Positions 11,901 through 25,900 of a stretch of DNA of 64,000 nucleotides are shown here, piece by piece (the stretch's first letter is position 1; each line of letters begins with the position of its first letter). The position numbers and the translations under genes are program-made. Location of the stretch: the NCBI RefSeq assembly GCF_009914755.1, contig NC_060946.1. One strand, given 5' to 3'. This stretch comes from the human T2T-CHM13v2.0 reference genome, Homo sapiens. Under the pieces are notes generated by a model. That model did not search any database and was not told the origin of the DNA. It was given only the letters and a program-made list of their open reading frames with translations.

Positions 11901-14440
11901 TATCAAAAGAAAGATCCACCTCTGTTAGCTGAGTTCACACATCACAAACAAGTTTATGAGAATGCTTCTGTCTAGTTTTTATTTGAAGATATTTCCTTTC
12001 TCACCATAGACCTGAAAGCTGTCCTAATGTTCACTTCCAGATACTACAGAAAGAGTGTTTCAAAACTGCTGTACGAAAGGGAATGTTCAACTCTGTGCCT
12101 TGAATGCACACATCACAAAGAAGTTTCTGAGGATGCTGCTGTCTACTTTTTATACGTAATCCCGTTTCCAACGAAATCCTCCAATCTATCCAAATATCCA
12201 CTTGCAGATTCCACAGAAAGACTGTTTCAAAACTGCTCTGTCAATAGAAAGGTTCAACTCTGTTAGCTGCGTGCATATATCCCAAAGAAGATTCTGAGAT
12301 TGCTTCTGTCTAGTTTTTATGGGAAGATATTTCCCTTTTCACCGTAGGCGTCAAGGCGCTCCAAATGTCCACTTCCAGATACTACAAAAAGAGTGTTTCA
12401 AACCTACTCTGTGAAAGCGAATATTCAACTCTGTGACTTGAATACACATATCACAAAGAAGTTTCTGAGAATGCTTCTGTCGAGATTTTATATGAAGATA
12501 TTCCCGTTTCCAAAGAAATCCTGAAATCTATCCAAATATCCCCTCGCAGATTCTACAAAAAGAGTGTTTCAAAACTGCTCTGTAAAAAGAAAGGTTCAAC
12601 TCTGTTAGTTGAGTACACACATCACAAACAAGTTTCACAGAATGCTTCTTTCTAGCTTGTAGGGGAAGATATTCCCTTTATCACCATGGGCCTCCAACCG
12701 TCCGAAACGTCCACTTCCATATACTACAAAAAGAGCGTTTCAAACCTGCTCTAGGAAAGGCAATGTTCAACTCTGTGACTTGAATGCAGACATCACAGAG
12801 CAGTTTCTGAGAATGCTTCTGTCTAGATTTTATAGGAAGATATTCCCGTTTCCAACGAAATCTTCACAGCTATCCAAATATCCACTTGCAGATTCTACAA
12901 AAAGAGTGTATCAAAACTGCTCTGTCAAAAGGAAGGTTCTTCTCTGTTAGGTGAGTGCATACGTCATAAAGGAGTTTCTGAGAATGTTTCTGTCTAGTGG
13001 TTATGGGAAGATATTTGCTTTTTCGCCGTAGGCCTCAGGGCGCTCCAAATGTCCACTTGCACATGCTACAAAAAGAGTGCTTCAAAGCTGCTCTCTGAAA
13101 GGGAATGTTCAACTCTATGAGTTGAATGCAAACATCACAAAGACGTTTCTGAGAATGCTTCTGTCTAGATTTGATATGAAGATATTCCCGTTTCCAACGA
13201 AATCTTCAAATCTATCCAAATGTCCACTTGCAGATTCAACAAAAAGTGTTTTTCAAAACTGCTGTATCAAAAGAAAGATCCACGTCTGTTAGCTGAGTTC
13301 AGACATCACAAACAAGTTTATGAGAATGCTTCTGTCTAGTTTTTATTTGAAGATATTTCCTTTCTCACCATAGACCTGAAAGCTGTCCTAATGTTCACTT
13401 CCAGATACTACAGAAAGAGTGTTTCAAAACTGCTGTACGAAAGGGAATGTTCAACTCTGTGACTTGAATGCACACATCACAAAGAAGTTTCTGAGGATGC
13501 TGCTGTGTACTTTATATACGTAATCCCGTTTCCAACGAAATCCTCCAAGCTATCCAAATATCCACTTGCAGATTCCACAGAAAGACTGTTTCAAAACTGC
13601 TCTGTCAATAGAAAGGTTCAACTCTGTTAGCTGCGTGCATATATCCCAAAGAAGATTCTGAGATTGCTTCTGTCTAGTTTTTATGGGAAGATATTTCCCT
13701 TTTCACCGTAGGCGTCAAGGCGCTCCAAATGTCCACTTCCAGGTACTACAAAAAGAGTGTTTCAAACCTACTCTGTGAAAGGGAATATTCAACTCTGTGA
13801 CTTGAATGCAGATATCACAAAGAAGTTTCTGAGAATGCTTCTGTCGAGATTTTATATGAAGATATTCCCGTTTCCAACGAAATCCTGAAATCTATCCAAA
13901 TATCCCCTCGCAGATTCTACAAAAAGAGTGTTTCAAAACTGCTCTGTAAAAAGAAAGGTTCAACTCTGTTAGTTGAGTACACACATCACAAACAAGTTTC
14001 ACAGAATGCTTCTTTCTAGCTTGTAGGGGAAGATATTCCCTTTATCACCATGGGCCTCAAACCGTCCGAAACGTCCACTTCCATATACTACAAAAAGAGC
14101 GTTTCAAACATGCTCTATGAAAGGCAATTTTCAACTCTGTGACTTGAATGCAGACATCACAGAGCAGTTTCTGAGAATGCTTCTGTCTAGATTTTATAGG
14201 AAGATATTCCCGTTTCCAACGAAATCTTCACAGCTATCCAAATATCCACTTGCAGATTCTACAAAAAGAGTGTATCAAAACTGCTCTGTCAAAAGGAAGG
14301 TTCTTCTCTGTTAGGTGAGTGCATACGTCATAAAGGAGTTTCTGAGAATGTTTCTGTCTAGTGGTTATGGGAAGATATTTGCTTTTTCACCGTAGGCCTC
14401 AGAGCGCTCCAAATATCCACTTGCACATACTACAAAAAGA

Positions 14441-15462
14441 GTGCTTCAAAGCTGCTCTCTGAAACGGAATGTTCAACTCTATGAGTTGAATGCAAACATC
14501 ACAAAGACGTTTCTGAGAATGCTTCTGTCTAGATTTGATATGAAGATATTCCCGTTTCCAACGAAATCTTCAAATCTATCCAAATGTCCACTTGCAGATT
14601 CAACAAAAAGTGTTTTTCAGAACTGCTCTATCAAAAGAAAGATCCACCTCTGTTAGCTGAGTTCACTCATCACAAACAAGTTTATGAGAATGCTTCTGTC
14701 TAGTTTTTATTTGAAGATATTTCCTTTCTCACCATAGACCTGAAAGCTGTCCTAATGTTCACTTCCAGATACTACAGAAAGAGTGTTTCAAAACTGCTGT
14801 ACGAAAGGGAATGTTCAACTCTGTGACTTGAATGCACACATCACAAAGAAGTTTCTGAGGATGCTGCTGTCTACTTTTTATACGTAATCCCGTTTCCAAC
14901 GAAATCCTCCAATCTATCCAAATATCCACTTGCAGATTCCACAGAAAGACTGTTTCAAAACTGCTCTGTCAATAGAAACGTTCAACTCTGTTAGCTGCGT
15001 GCATATATCACAAGGAAGATTCTGAGATTGCTTCTGTCTAGTTTTTATGGGAAGATATTTGCCTTTTCACCGTAGGCGTCAAGTCGCTCCAAATGTCCAC
15101 TTCCAGATACTACAAAAAGAGTGTTTCAAACCTACTCTGTGAAAGGGAATATTCAACTCTGTGACTTGAATGCAGATATCACAAAGAAGTTTCTGAGAAT
15201 GCTTCTGTCGAGATTTTATATGAAGATATTCCCGTTTCCAACGAAATCCTGAAATCTCTCCAAATATCCCCTCGCAGATTCTACAAAAAGAGTGTATCAA
15301 AACTGCTCTGTCAAAAGGAAGGTTCTTCTCTGTTAGGTGAGTGCATACGTCATAAAGGAGTTTCTGAGAATGTTTCTGTCTAGTGGTTATGGGAAGATAT
15401 TTGCTTTTTCACCGTAGGCCTCAGAGCGCTCCAAATATCCACTTGCACATACTACAAAAAGA
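14441..15462 (-). repeat. 6-mer HOR structural variant (1022 bp)
   Basis: Landmark spacing 14441->15463; junction at 15274-15295. Confidence 0.95.
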
Positions 15463-18189
15463 GTGCCTCAAAGCTGCTCTCTGAAACGGAATGTTCAACT
15501 CTATGAGTTGAATGCAAACATCACAAAGACGTTTCTGAGAATGCTTCTGTCTAGATTTGATATGAAGATATTCCCGTTTCCAACGAAATCTTCCAATCTA
15601 TCCAAATGTCCACTTGCAGATTCAACAAAAAGTGTTTTTCAGAACTGCTCTATCAAAAGAAAGATCCACCTCTGTTAGCTGAGTTCACACATCACAAACA
15701 AGTTTATGAGAATGCTTCTGTCTAGTTTTTATTTGAAGATATTTCCTTTCTCACCATAGACCTGAAAGCTGTCCTAATGTTCACTTCCAGATACTACAGA
15801 AAGAGTGTTTTAAAACTGCTGTACGAAAGGGAATGTTCAACTCTGTGACTTGAATGCACACATCACAAAGAAGTTTCTGAGGATGCTGCTGTCTACTTTT
15901 TATACGTAATCCCGTTTCCAACGAAATCCTCCAAGCTATCCAAATATCCACTTGCAGATTCCACAGAAAGAGTGTTTCAAAACAGCTCTGTCAATAGAAA
16001 GGTTCAACTCTGTTAGCTGCGTGCATATATCCCAAAGAAGATTCTGAGATTGCTTCTGTCTAGTTTTTATGGAAGATATTTCCCTTTTCACCGTAGGCGT
16101 CAAGGCGCTCCAAATGTCCACTTCCAGATACTACAAAAAGAGTGTTTCAAACCTACTCTGTGAAAGGGAATATTCAACTCTGTGACTTGAATGCAGATAT
16201 CACAAAGAAGTTTCTGAGAATGCTTCTGTCGAGATTTTATATGAAGATATTCCCGTTTCCAACGAAATCCTGAAATCTATCCAAATATCCCCTCGCAGAT
16301 TCTACAAAAAGAGTGTTTCAAAACTGCTCTGTAAAAAGAAAGGTTCAACTCTGTTAGTTGAGTACACACATCACAAACAAGTTTCACAGAATGCTTCTTT
16401 CTAGCTTGTAGGGGAAGATATTCCCTTTATCACCATGGGCCTCCAACCGTCCGAAACTTCCACTTCCATATACTACAAAAAGAGCGTTTCAAACCTGCTC
16501 TATGAAAGGCAATGTTCAACTCTGTGACTTGAATGCAGACATCACAGAGCAGTTTCTGAGAATGCTTCTGTCTAGATTTTATAGGAAGATATTCCCGTTT
16601 CCAACGAAATCTTCACAGCTATCCAAATATCCACTTGCAGATTCTACAAAAAGAGTGTATCAAAACTGCTCTGTCAAAAGGAAGGTTCTTCTCTGTTAGG
16701 TGAGTGCATACGTCATAAAGGAGTTTCTGAGAATGTTTCCGTCTAGTGGTTATGGGAAGATATTTGCTTTTTCACCGAAGGCCTCAGAGCGCTCCAAATA
16801 TCCACTTGCACATACTACAAAAAGAGTGCCTCAAAGCTGCTCTCTGAAACGGAATGTTCAACTCTATGAGTTGAATGCAAACATCGCAAAGACGTTTCTG
16901 AGAATGCTTCTGTCTAGATTTGATATGAAGATATTCCCGTTTCCAACGAAATCTTCAAATCTATCCAAATGTCCACTTGCAGATTCAACAAAAAGTGTTT
17001 TTCAGAACTGCTCTATCAAAAGAAAGATCCACCTCTGTTAGCTGAGTTCACACATCACAAACAAGTTTATGAGAATGCTTCTGTCTAGTTTTTATTTGAA
17101 GATATTTCCTTTCTCACCATAGACCTGAAAGCTGTCCTAATGTTCACTTCCAGATACTACAGAAAGAGTGTTTCAAAACTGCTGTACGAAAGGGAATGTT
17201 CAACTCTGTGACTTGAATGCACACATCACAAAGAAGTTTCTGAGGATGCTGCTGTCTTCTTTTTATACGTAATCCCGTTTCCAATGAAATCCTCCAAGCT
17301 ATCCAAATATCCACTTGCAGATTCCACAGAAAGACTGTTTCAAAACTGCTCTGTCAATAAAAAGGTTCAACTCTGTTAGCTGCGTGCATATATCCCAAAG
17401 AAGATTCTGAGATTGCTTCTGTCTAGTTTTTATGGGAAGATATTTCCCTTTTCACCGTAGGCGTCAAGGCGCTCCAAATGTCCACTTCCAGATACTACAA
17501 AAAGAGTGTTTCAAACCTACTCTGTGAAAGGGAATATTCAACTCTGTGACTTGAATGCACATATCACAAAGAAGTTTCTGAGAATGCTTCTGTCGAGATT
17601 TTATATGAAGATATTCCCGTTTCCAACGAAATCCTGAAATCTATCCAAATATCCCCTCGCAGATTCTACAAAAAGAGTGTTTCAAAACTGCTCTGTAAAA
17701 AGAAAGGTTCAACTCTGTTACTTCAGTACACACATCACAAACAAGTTTCACAGAATGCTTCTTTCTAGCTTGTAGGGGAAGATATTCCCTTTATCACCAT
17801 GGGCCTCAAACCGTCCGAAACGTCCACTTCCATATACTACAAAAAGAGCGTTTCAAACCTGCTCTAGGAAAGGCAATGTTCAACTCTGTGACTTGAATGC
17901 AGACATCACAGAGCAGTTTCTGAGAATGCTTCTGTCTAGATTTTATAGGAAGATATTCCCGTTTCCAACGAAATCTTCACAGCTATCCTAATATCCACTT
18001 GCAGATTCTACAAAAAGAGTGTATCCAAACTACTCTGTCAAAAGGAAGTTTCTTCTCTGTTAGGTGAGTGCATACGTCATAAAGGAGTTTCTGAGAATGT
18101 TTCTGTCTAGTGGTTATGGGAAGATATTTGCTTTTTCACCGTAGGCCTCAGAGCGCTCCAAATATCCACTTGCACATACTACAAAAAGA

Positions 18190-19211
18190 GTGCCTCAAAC
18201 CTGCTCTCTGAAACGGAATGTTCAACTCTATGAGTTGAATGCAAACATCACAAAGACGTTTCTGAGATTGCTTCTGTCTAGATTTGATATGAAGATATTC
18301 CCGTTTCCAACGAAATCTTCAAATCTATCCAAATGTCCACTTGCAGATTCAACAAAAAGTGTTTTTCAGAACTGCTCTATCAAAAGAAAGATCCACCTCT
18401 GTTAGCTGAGTTCACTCATCACAAACAAGTTTATGAGAATGCTTCTGTCTAGTTTTTATTTGAAGATATTTCCTTTCTCACCATAGACCTGAAAGCTGTC
18501 CTAATGTTCACTTCCAGATACTACAGAAAGAGTGTTTCAAAACTGCTGTACGAAAGGGAATGTTCAACTCTGTGACTTGAATGCACACATCACAAAGAAG
18601 TTTCTGAGGATGCTGCTGTCTACTTTTTATACGTAATCCCGTTTCCAACGAAATCCTCCAATCTATCCAAATATCCACTTGCAGATTCCACAGAAAGACT
18701 GTTTCAAAACTGCTCTGTCAATAGAAAGGTTCAACTCTGTTAGCTGCGTGCATATATCCCAAGGAAGATTCTGAGATTGCTTCTGTCTAGTTTTTATGGG
18801 AAGATATTTCCCTTTTCACCGTAGGCGTCAAGTCGCTCCAAATGTCCACTTCCAGATACTACAAAAAGAGTGTTTCAAACCTACTCTGTGAAAGGGAATA
18901 TTCAACTCTGTGACTTGAATGCAGATATCACAAAGAAGTTTCTGAGAATGCTTCTGTCGAGATTTTATATGAAGATATTCCCGTTTCCAACGAAATCCTG
19001 AAATCTCTCCAAATATCCCCTCGCAGATTCTACAAAAAGAGTGTATCAAAACTGCTCTGTCAAAAGGAAGGTTCTTCTCTGTTAGGTGAGTGCATACGTC
19101 ATAAAGGAGTTTCTGAGAATGTTTCTGTCTAGTGGTTATGGGAAGATATTTGCTTTTTCACCGTAGGCCTCAGAGCGCTCCAAATATCCACTTGCACATA
19201 CTACAAAAAGA
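18190..19211 (-). repeat. 6-mer HOR structural variant (1022 bp)
   Basis: Landmark spacing 18190->19212; junction at 19023-19044. Confidence 0.95.
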
Positions 19212-22200
19212 GTGCCTCAAAGCTGCTCTCTGAAACGGAATGTTCAACTCTATGAGTTGAATGCAAACATCACAAAGACGTTTCTGAGAATGCTTCTGTC
19301 TAGATTTGATATGAAGATATTCCCGTTTGCAACGAAATCTTCAAATCTATCCAAATGTCCACTTGCAGATTCAACAAAAAGTGTTTTTCAGAACTGCTCT
19401 ATCAAAAGAAAGATCCACCTCTGTTAGCTGAGTTCACACATCACAAACAAGTTTATGAGAATGCTTCTGTCTAGTTTTTATTTGAAGATATTTCCTTTCT
19501 CACCATAGACCTGAAAGCTGTCCTAATGTTCACTTCCAGATACTACAGAAAGAGTGTTTTAAAACTGCTGTACGAAAGGGAATGTTCAACTCTGTGACTT
19601 GAATGCACACATCACAAAGAAGTTTCTGAGGATGCTGCTGTCTACTTTTTATACGTAATCCCGTTTCCAACGAAATCCTCCAAGCTATCCAAATATCCAC
19701 TTGCAGATTCCACAGAAAGAGTGTTTCAAAACAGCTCTGTCAATAGAAAGGTTCAACTCTGTTAGCTGCGTGCATATATCCCAAAGAAGATTCTGAGATT
19801 GCTTCTGTCTAGTTTTTATGGGAAGATATTTCCCTTTTCACCGTAGGCGTCAAGGCGCTCCAAATGTCCACTTCCAGATACTACAAAAAGAGTGTTTCAA
19901 ACCTACTCTGTGAAAGGGAATATTCAACTCTGTGACTTGAATGCACATATCACAAAGAAGTTTCTGAGAATGCTTCTGTCGAGATTTTATATGAAGATAT
20001 TCCCGTTTCCAACGAAATCCTGAAATCTATCCAAATATCCCCTCACAGATTCTACAAAAAGAGTGTTTCAAAACTGCTCTGTAAAAAGAAAGGTTCAACT
20101 CTGTTAGTTGAGTACACACATCACAAACAAGTTTCACAGAATGCTTCTTTCTAGCTTGTAGGGGAAGATATTCCCTTTATCACCATGGGCCTCAAACCGT
20201 CCGAAACGTCCACTTCCATATACTACAAAAAGAGCGTTTCAAACCTGCTCTAGGAAAGGCAATGTTCAACTCTGTGACTTGAATGCAGACATCACAGAGC
20301 AGTTTCTGAGAATGCTTCTGTCTAGATTTTATAGGAAGATATTCCCGTTTCCAACGAAATCTTCACAGCTATCCCAATATCCACTTGCAGATTCTACAAA
20401 AAGAGTGTGTCAAAACTGCTCTGTCAAAAGGAAGGTTCTTCTCTGTTAGGTGAGTGCATACGTCATAAAGGAGTTTCTGAGAATGTTTCTGTCTAGTGGT
20501 TATGGGAAGATATTTGCTTTTTCACCGTAGGCCTCAGAGCGCTCCAAATATCCACTTGCACATACTACAAAAAGAGTGCCTCAAAGCTGCTCTCTGAATC
20601 GGAATGTTCAACTCTATGAGTTGAATGCAAACATCACAACGACGTTTCTGAGAATGCTTCTGTCTAGATTTGATATGAAGATATTCCCGTTACCAACGAA
20701 ATCTTCAAATCTATCCAAATGTCCACTTGCAGATTCAACAAAAAGTGTTTTTCAGAACTGCTCTATCAAAAGAAAGATCCACCTCTGTTAGCTGAGTTCA
20801 CTCATCACAAACAAGTTTATGAGAATGCTTCTGTCTAGTTTTTATTTGAAGATATTTCCTTTCTCACCATAGACCTGAAAGCTGTCCTAATGTTCACTTC
20901 CAGATACTACAGAAAGAGTGTTTCAAAACTGCTGTACGAAAGGGAATGTTCAACTCTGTGACTTGAATGCACACATCACAAAGAAGTTTCTGAGGATGCT
21001 GCTGTCTACTTTTTATACGTAATCCCGTTTCCAACGAAATCCTCCAATCTATCCAAATATCCACTTGCAGATTCCACAGAAAGACTGTTTCAAAACTGCT
21101 CTGTCAATAGAAAGGTTCAACTCTGTTAGCTGCGTGCATATATCCCAAGGAAGATTCTGAGATTGCTTCTGTCTAGTTTTTATGGGAAGATATTTCCCTT
21201 TTCACCGTAGGCGTCAAGTCGCTCCAAATGTCCACTTCCAGATACTACAAAAAGAGTGTTTCAAACCTACTCTGTGAAAGGGAATATTCAACTCTGTGAC
21301 TTGAATGCAGATATCACAAAGAAGTTTCTGAGAATGCTTCTGTCGAGATTTTATATGAAGATATTCCCGTTTCCAACGAAATCCTGAAATCTCTCCAAAT
21401 ATCCCCTCGCAGATTCTACAAAAAGAGTGTATCAAAACTGCTCTGTCAAAAGGAAGGTTCTTCGCTGTTAGGTGAGTGCATACGTCATAAAGGAGTTTCT
21501 GAGAATGTTTCTGTCTAGTGGTTATGGGAAGATATTTGCTTTTTCACCGTAGGCCTCAGAGCGCTCCAAATATCCACTTGCACATACTACAAAAAGAGTG
21601 CCTCAAAGCTGCTCTCTGAAACGGAATGTTCAACTCTATGAGTTGAATGCAAACATCACAAAGACGTTTCTGAGAATGCTTCTGTCTAGATTTGATATGA
21701 AGATATTCCCGTTTGCAACGAAATCTTCAAATCTATCCAAATGTCCACTTGCAGATTCAACAAAAAGTGTTTTTCAGAACTGCTCTATCAAAAGAAAGAT
21801 CCACCTCTGTTAGCTGAGTTCACACATCACAAACAAGTTTATGAGAATGCTTCTGTCTAGTTTTTATTTGAAGATATTTCCTTTCTCACCATAGACCTGA
21901 AAGCTGTCCTAATGTTCACTTCCAGATACTACAGAAAGAGTGTTTTAAAACTGCTGTACGAAAGGGAATGTTCAACTCTGTGACTTGAATGCACACATCA
22001 CAAAGAAGTTTCTGAGGATGCTGCTGTCTACTTTTTATACGTAATCCCGTTTCCAACGAAATCCTCCAAGCTATCCAAATATCCACTTGCAGATTCCACA
22101 GAAAGAGTGTTTCAAAACAGCTCTGTCAATAGAAAGGTTCAACTCTGTTAGCTGCGTGCATATATCCCAAAGAAGATTCTGAGATTGCTTCTGTCTAGTT

Positions 22201-22970
22201 TTTATGGGAAGATATTTCCCTTTTCACCGTAGGCGTCAAGGCGCTCCAAATGTCCACTTCCAGATACTACAAAAAGAGTGTTTCAAACCTACTCTGTGAA
22301 AGGGAATATTCAACTCTGTGACTTGAATGCACATATCACAAAGAAGTTTCTGAGAATGCTTCTGTCGAGATTTTATATGAAGATATTCCCGTTTCCAACG
22401 AAATCCTGAAATCTATCCAAATATCCCCTCACAGATTCTACAAAAAGAGTGTTTCAAAACTGCTCTGTAAAAAGAAAGGTTCAACTCTGTTAGTTGAGTA
22501 CACACATCACAAACAAGTTTCACAGAATGCTTCTTTCTAGCTTGTAGGGGAAGATATTCCCTTTATCACCATGGGCCTCAAACCGTCCGAAACGTCCACT
22601 TCCATATACTACAAAAAGAGCGTTTCAAACCTGCTCTAGGAAAGGCAATGTTCAACTCTGTGACTTGAATGCAGACATCACAGAGCAGTTTCTGAGAATG
22701 CTTCTGTCTAGATTTTATAGGAAGATATTCCCGTTTCCAACGAAATCTTCACAGCTATCCCAATATCCACTTGCAGATTCTACAAAAAGAGTGTGTCAAA
22801 ACTGCTCTGTCAAAAGGAAGGTTCTTCTCTGTTAGGTGAGTGCATACATCATAAAGGAGTTTCTGAGAATGTTTCTGTCTAGTGGTTATGGGAAGATATT
22901 TGCTTTTTCACCGTAGGCCTCAGAGCGCTCCAAATATCCACTTGCACATACTACAAAAAGAGTGCCTCAA
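18661..22970. repeat. Segmental duplicate, copy B (partner 592-4900)
   Basis: See copy A; landmarks 19212/20576/21598 equal 1143/2507/3529 + 18069. Confidence 0.88.
20576..21597 (-). repeat. 6-mer HOR structural variant (1022 bp)
   Basis: Landmark spacing 20576->21598; junction at 21409-21430. Confidence 0.95.
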
Positions 22971-25900
22971 AGCTGCTCTCTGAATCGGAATGTTCAACTC
23001 TATGAGTTGAATGCAAACATCACAACGACGTTTCTGAGAATGCTTCTGTCTAGATTTGATATGAAGATATTCCCGTTACCAACGAAATCTTCAAATCTAT
23101 CCAAATGTCCACTTGCAGATTCAACAAAAAGTGTTTTTCAGAACTGCTCTATCAAAAGAAAGATCCACCTCTGTTAGCTGAGTTCACACATCACAAACAA
23201 GTTTATGAGAATGCTTCTGTCTAGTTTTTATTTGAAGATATTTCCTTTCTCACCATAGACCTGAAAGCTGTCCTAATGTTCACTTGCAGATACTACAGAA
23301 AGAGTGTTTCAAAACTGCTGTACGAAAGGGAATGTTCAACTCTGTGACTTGAATGCACACATCACAAAGAAGTTTCTGAGGATGCTGCTGTCTACTTTTT
23401 ATACGTAATCCCGTTTCCAACGAAATCCTCCAAGCTATCCAAATATCCACTTGCAGATTCCACAGAAAGACTGTTTCAAAACTGCTCTGTCAATAGAAAG
23501 GTTCGACTCTGTTAGCTGCGTGCATATATCCCAAAGAAGATTCTGAGATTGCTTCTGTCTAGTTTTTATGGAAGATATTTCCCTTTTCACCGTAGGCGTC
23601 AAGGCGCTCCAAATGTCCACTTCCAGATACTACAAAAAGAGTGTTTCAAACCTACTCTGTGAAAGGGAATATTCAACTCTGTGACTTGAATGCAGATATC
23701 ACAAAGAAGTTTCTGAGAATGCTTCTGTCGAGATTTTATATGAAGATATTCCCGTTTCCAACGAAATCCTGAAATCTATCCAAATATCCCCTCGCAGATT
23801 CTACAAAAAGAGTGTTTCAAAACTGCTCTGTAAAAAGAAAGGTTCAACTCTGTTAGTTGAGTACACACATCACAAACAAGTTTCACAGAATGCTTCTTTC
23901 TAGCTTGTAGGGGAAGATATTCCCTTTATCACCATGGGCCTCAAACCGTCCGAAACGTCCACTTCCATATACTACAAAAAGAGCGTTTCAAACCTGCTCT
24001 AGGAAAGGCAATGTTCAACTCTGTGACTTGAATGCAGACATCACAGAGCAGTTTCTGAGAATGCTTCTGTCTAGATTTTATAGGAAGATATTCCCGTTTC
24101 CAACGAAATCTTCACAGCTATCCCAATATCCACTTGCAGATTCTACAAAAAGAGTGTATCAAAACTGCTCAGTCAAAAGGAAGGTTCTTCTCTGTTAGGT
24201 GAGTGCATACGTCATAAAGGAGTTTCTGAGAATGTTTCTGTCTAGTGGTTATGGGAAGATATTTGCTTTTTCACCGTAGGCCTCAGAGCGCTCCAAATAT
24301 CCACTTGCACATACTACAAAAAGAGTGCCTCAAAGCTGCTCTCTGAATCGGAATGTTCAACTCTATGAGTTGAATGCAAACATCACAACGACGTTTCTGA
24401 GAATGCTTCTGTCTAGATTTGATATGAAGATATTCCCGTTACCAACGAAATCTTCAAATCTATCCAAATGTCCACTTGCAGATTCAACAAAAAGTGTTCT
24501 TCAGAACTGCTCTATCAAAAGAAAGATCCACCTCTGTTAGCTGAGTTCACACATCACAAACAAGTTTATGAGAATGCTTCTGTGTAGTTTTTATTTGAAG
24601 ATATTTCCTTTCTCACCATAGACCTGAAAGCTGTCCTAATGTTCACTTCCAGATACTACAGAAAGAGTGTTTTAAAACTGCTGTACGAAAGGGAATGTTC
24701 AACTCTGTGACTTGAATGCACACATCACAAAGAAGTTTCTGAGGATGCTGCTGTCTACTTTTTATACGTAATCCCGTTTCCAACGAAATCCTCCAAGCTA
24801 TCCAAATATCCACTTGCAGATTCCACAGAAAGACTGTTTCAAAACAGCTCTGTCAATAGAAAGGTTCAACTCTGTTAGCTGCGTGCATATATCCCAAAGA
24901 AGATTCTGAGATTGCTTCTGTCTAGTTTTTATGGGAAGATATTTCCCTTTTCACCGTAGGCGTCAAGGCGCTCCAAATGTCCACTTCCAGATACTACAAA
25001 AAGAGTGTTTCAAACCTACTCTGTGAAAGGGAATATTCAACTCTGTGACTTGAATGCAGATATCACAAAGAAGTTTCTGAGAATGCTTCTGTCGAGATTT
25101 TATATGAAGATATTCCCGTTTCCAACGAAATCCTGAAATCTCTCCAAATATCCCCTCGCAGATTCTACAAAAAGAGTGTTTCAAAACTGCTCTGTAAAAA
25201 GAAAGGTTCAACTCTGTTAGTTGAGTACACACATCACAAACAAGTTTCACAGAATGCTTCTTTCTAGCTTGTAGGGGAAGATATTCCCTTTATCACCATG
25301 GGCCTCAAACCGTCCGAAACATCCACTTCCATATACTACAAAAGAGCGTTTCAAACCTGCTCTATGAAAGGCAATGTTCAACTCTGTGACTTGAATGCAG
25401 ACATCACAGAGCAGTTTCTGAGAATGCTTCTGTCTAGATTTTATAGGAAGATATTCCCGTTTCCAACGAAATCTTCACAGCTATCCCAATATCCACTTGC
25501 AGATTCTACAAAAAGAGTGTATCAAAACTGCTCTGTCAAAAGGAAGGTTCTTCTCTGTTAGGTGAGTGCATACGTCATAAAGGAGTTTCTGAGAATGTTT
25601 CTGTCTAGTGGTTATGGGAAGATATTTGCTTTTTCACCGAAGGCCTCAGAGCGCTCCAAATATCCACTTGCACATACTACAAAAAGAGCGCCTCAAAGCT
25701 GCTCTCTGAAACGGAATGTTCAACTCTATGAGTTGAATGCAAACATCGCAAAGACGTTTCTGAGAATGCTTCTGTCTAGATTTGATATGAAGATATTCCC
25801 GTTTCCAACGAAATCTTCAAATCTATCCAAATGTCCACTTGCAGATTCAACAAAAAGTGTTTTACAGAACTGCTCTATCAAAAGAAAGATCCACCTCTGT

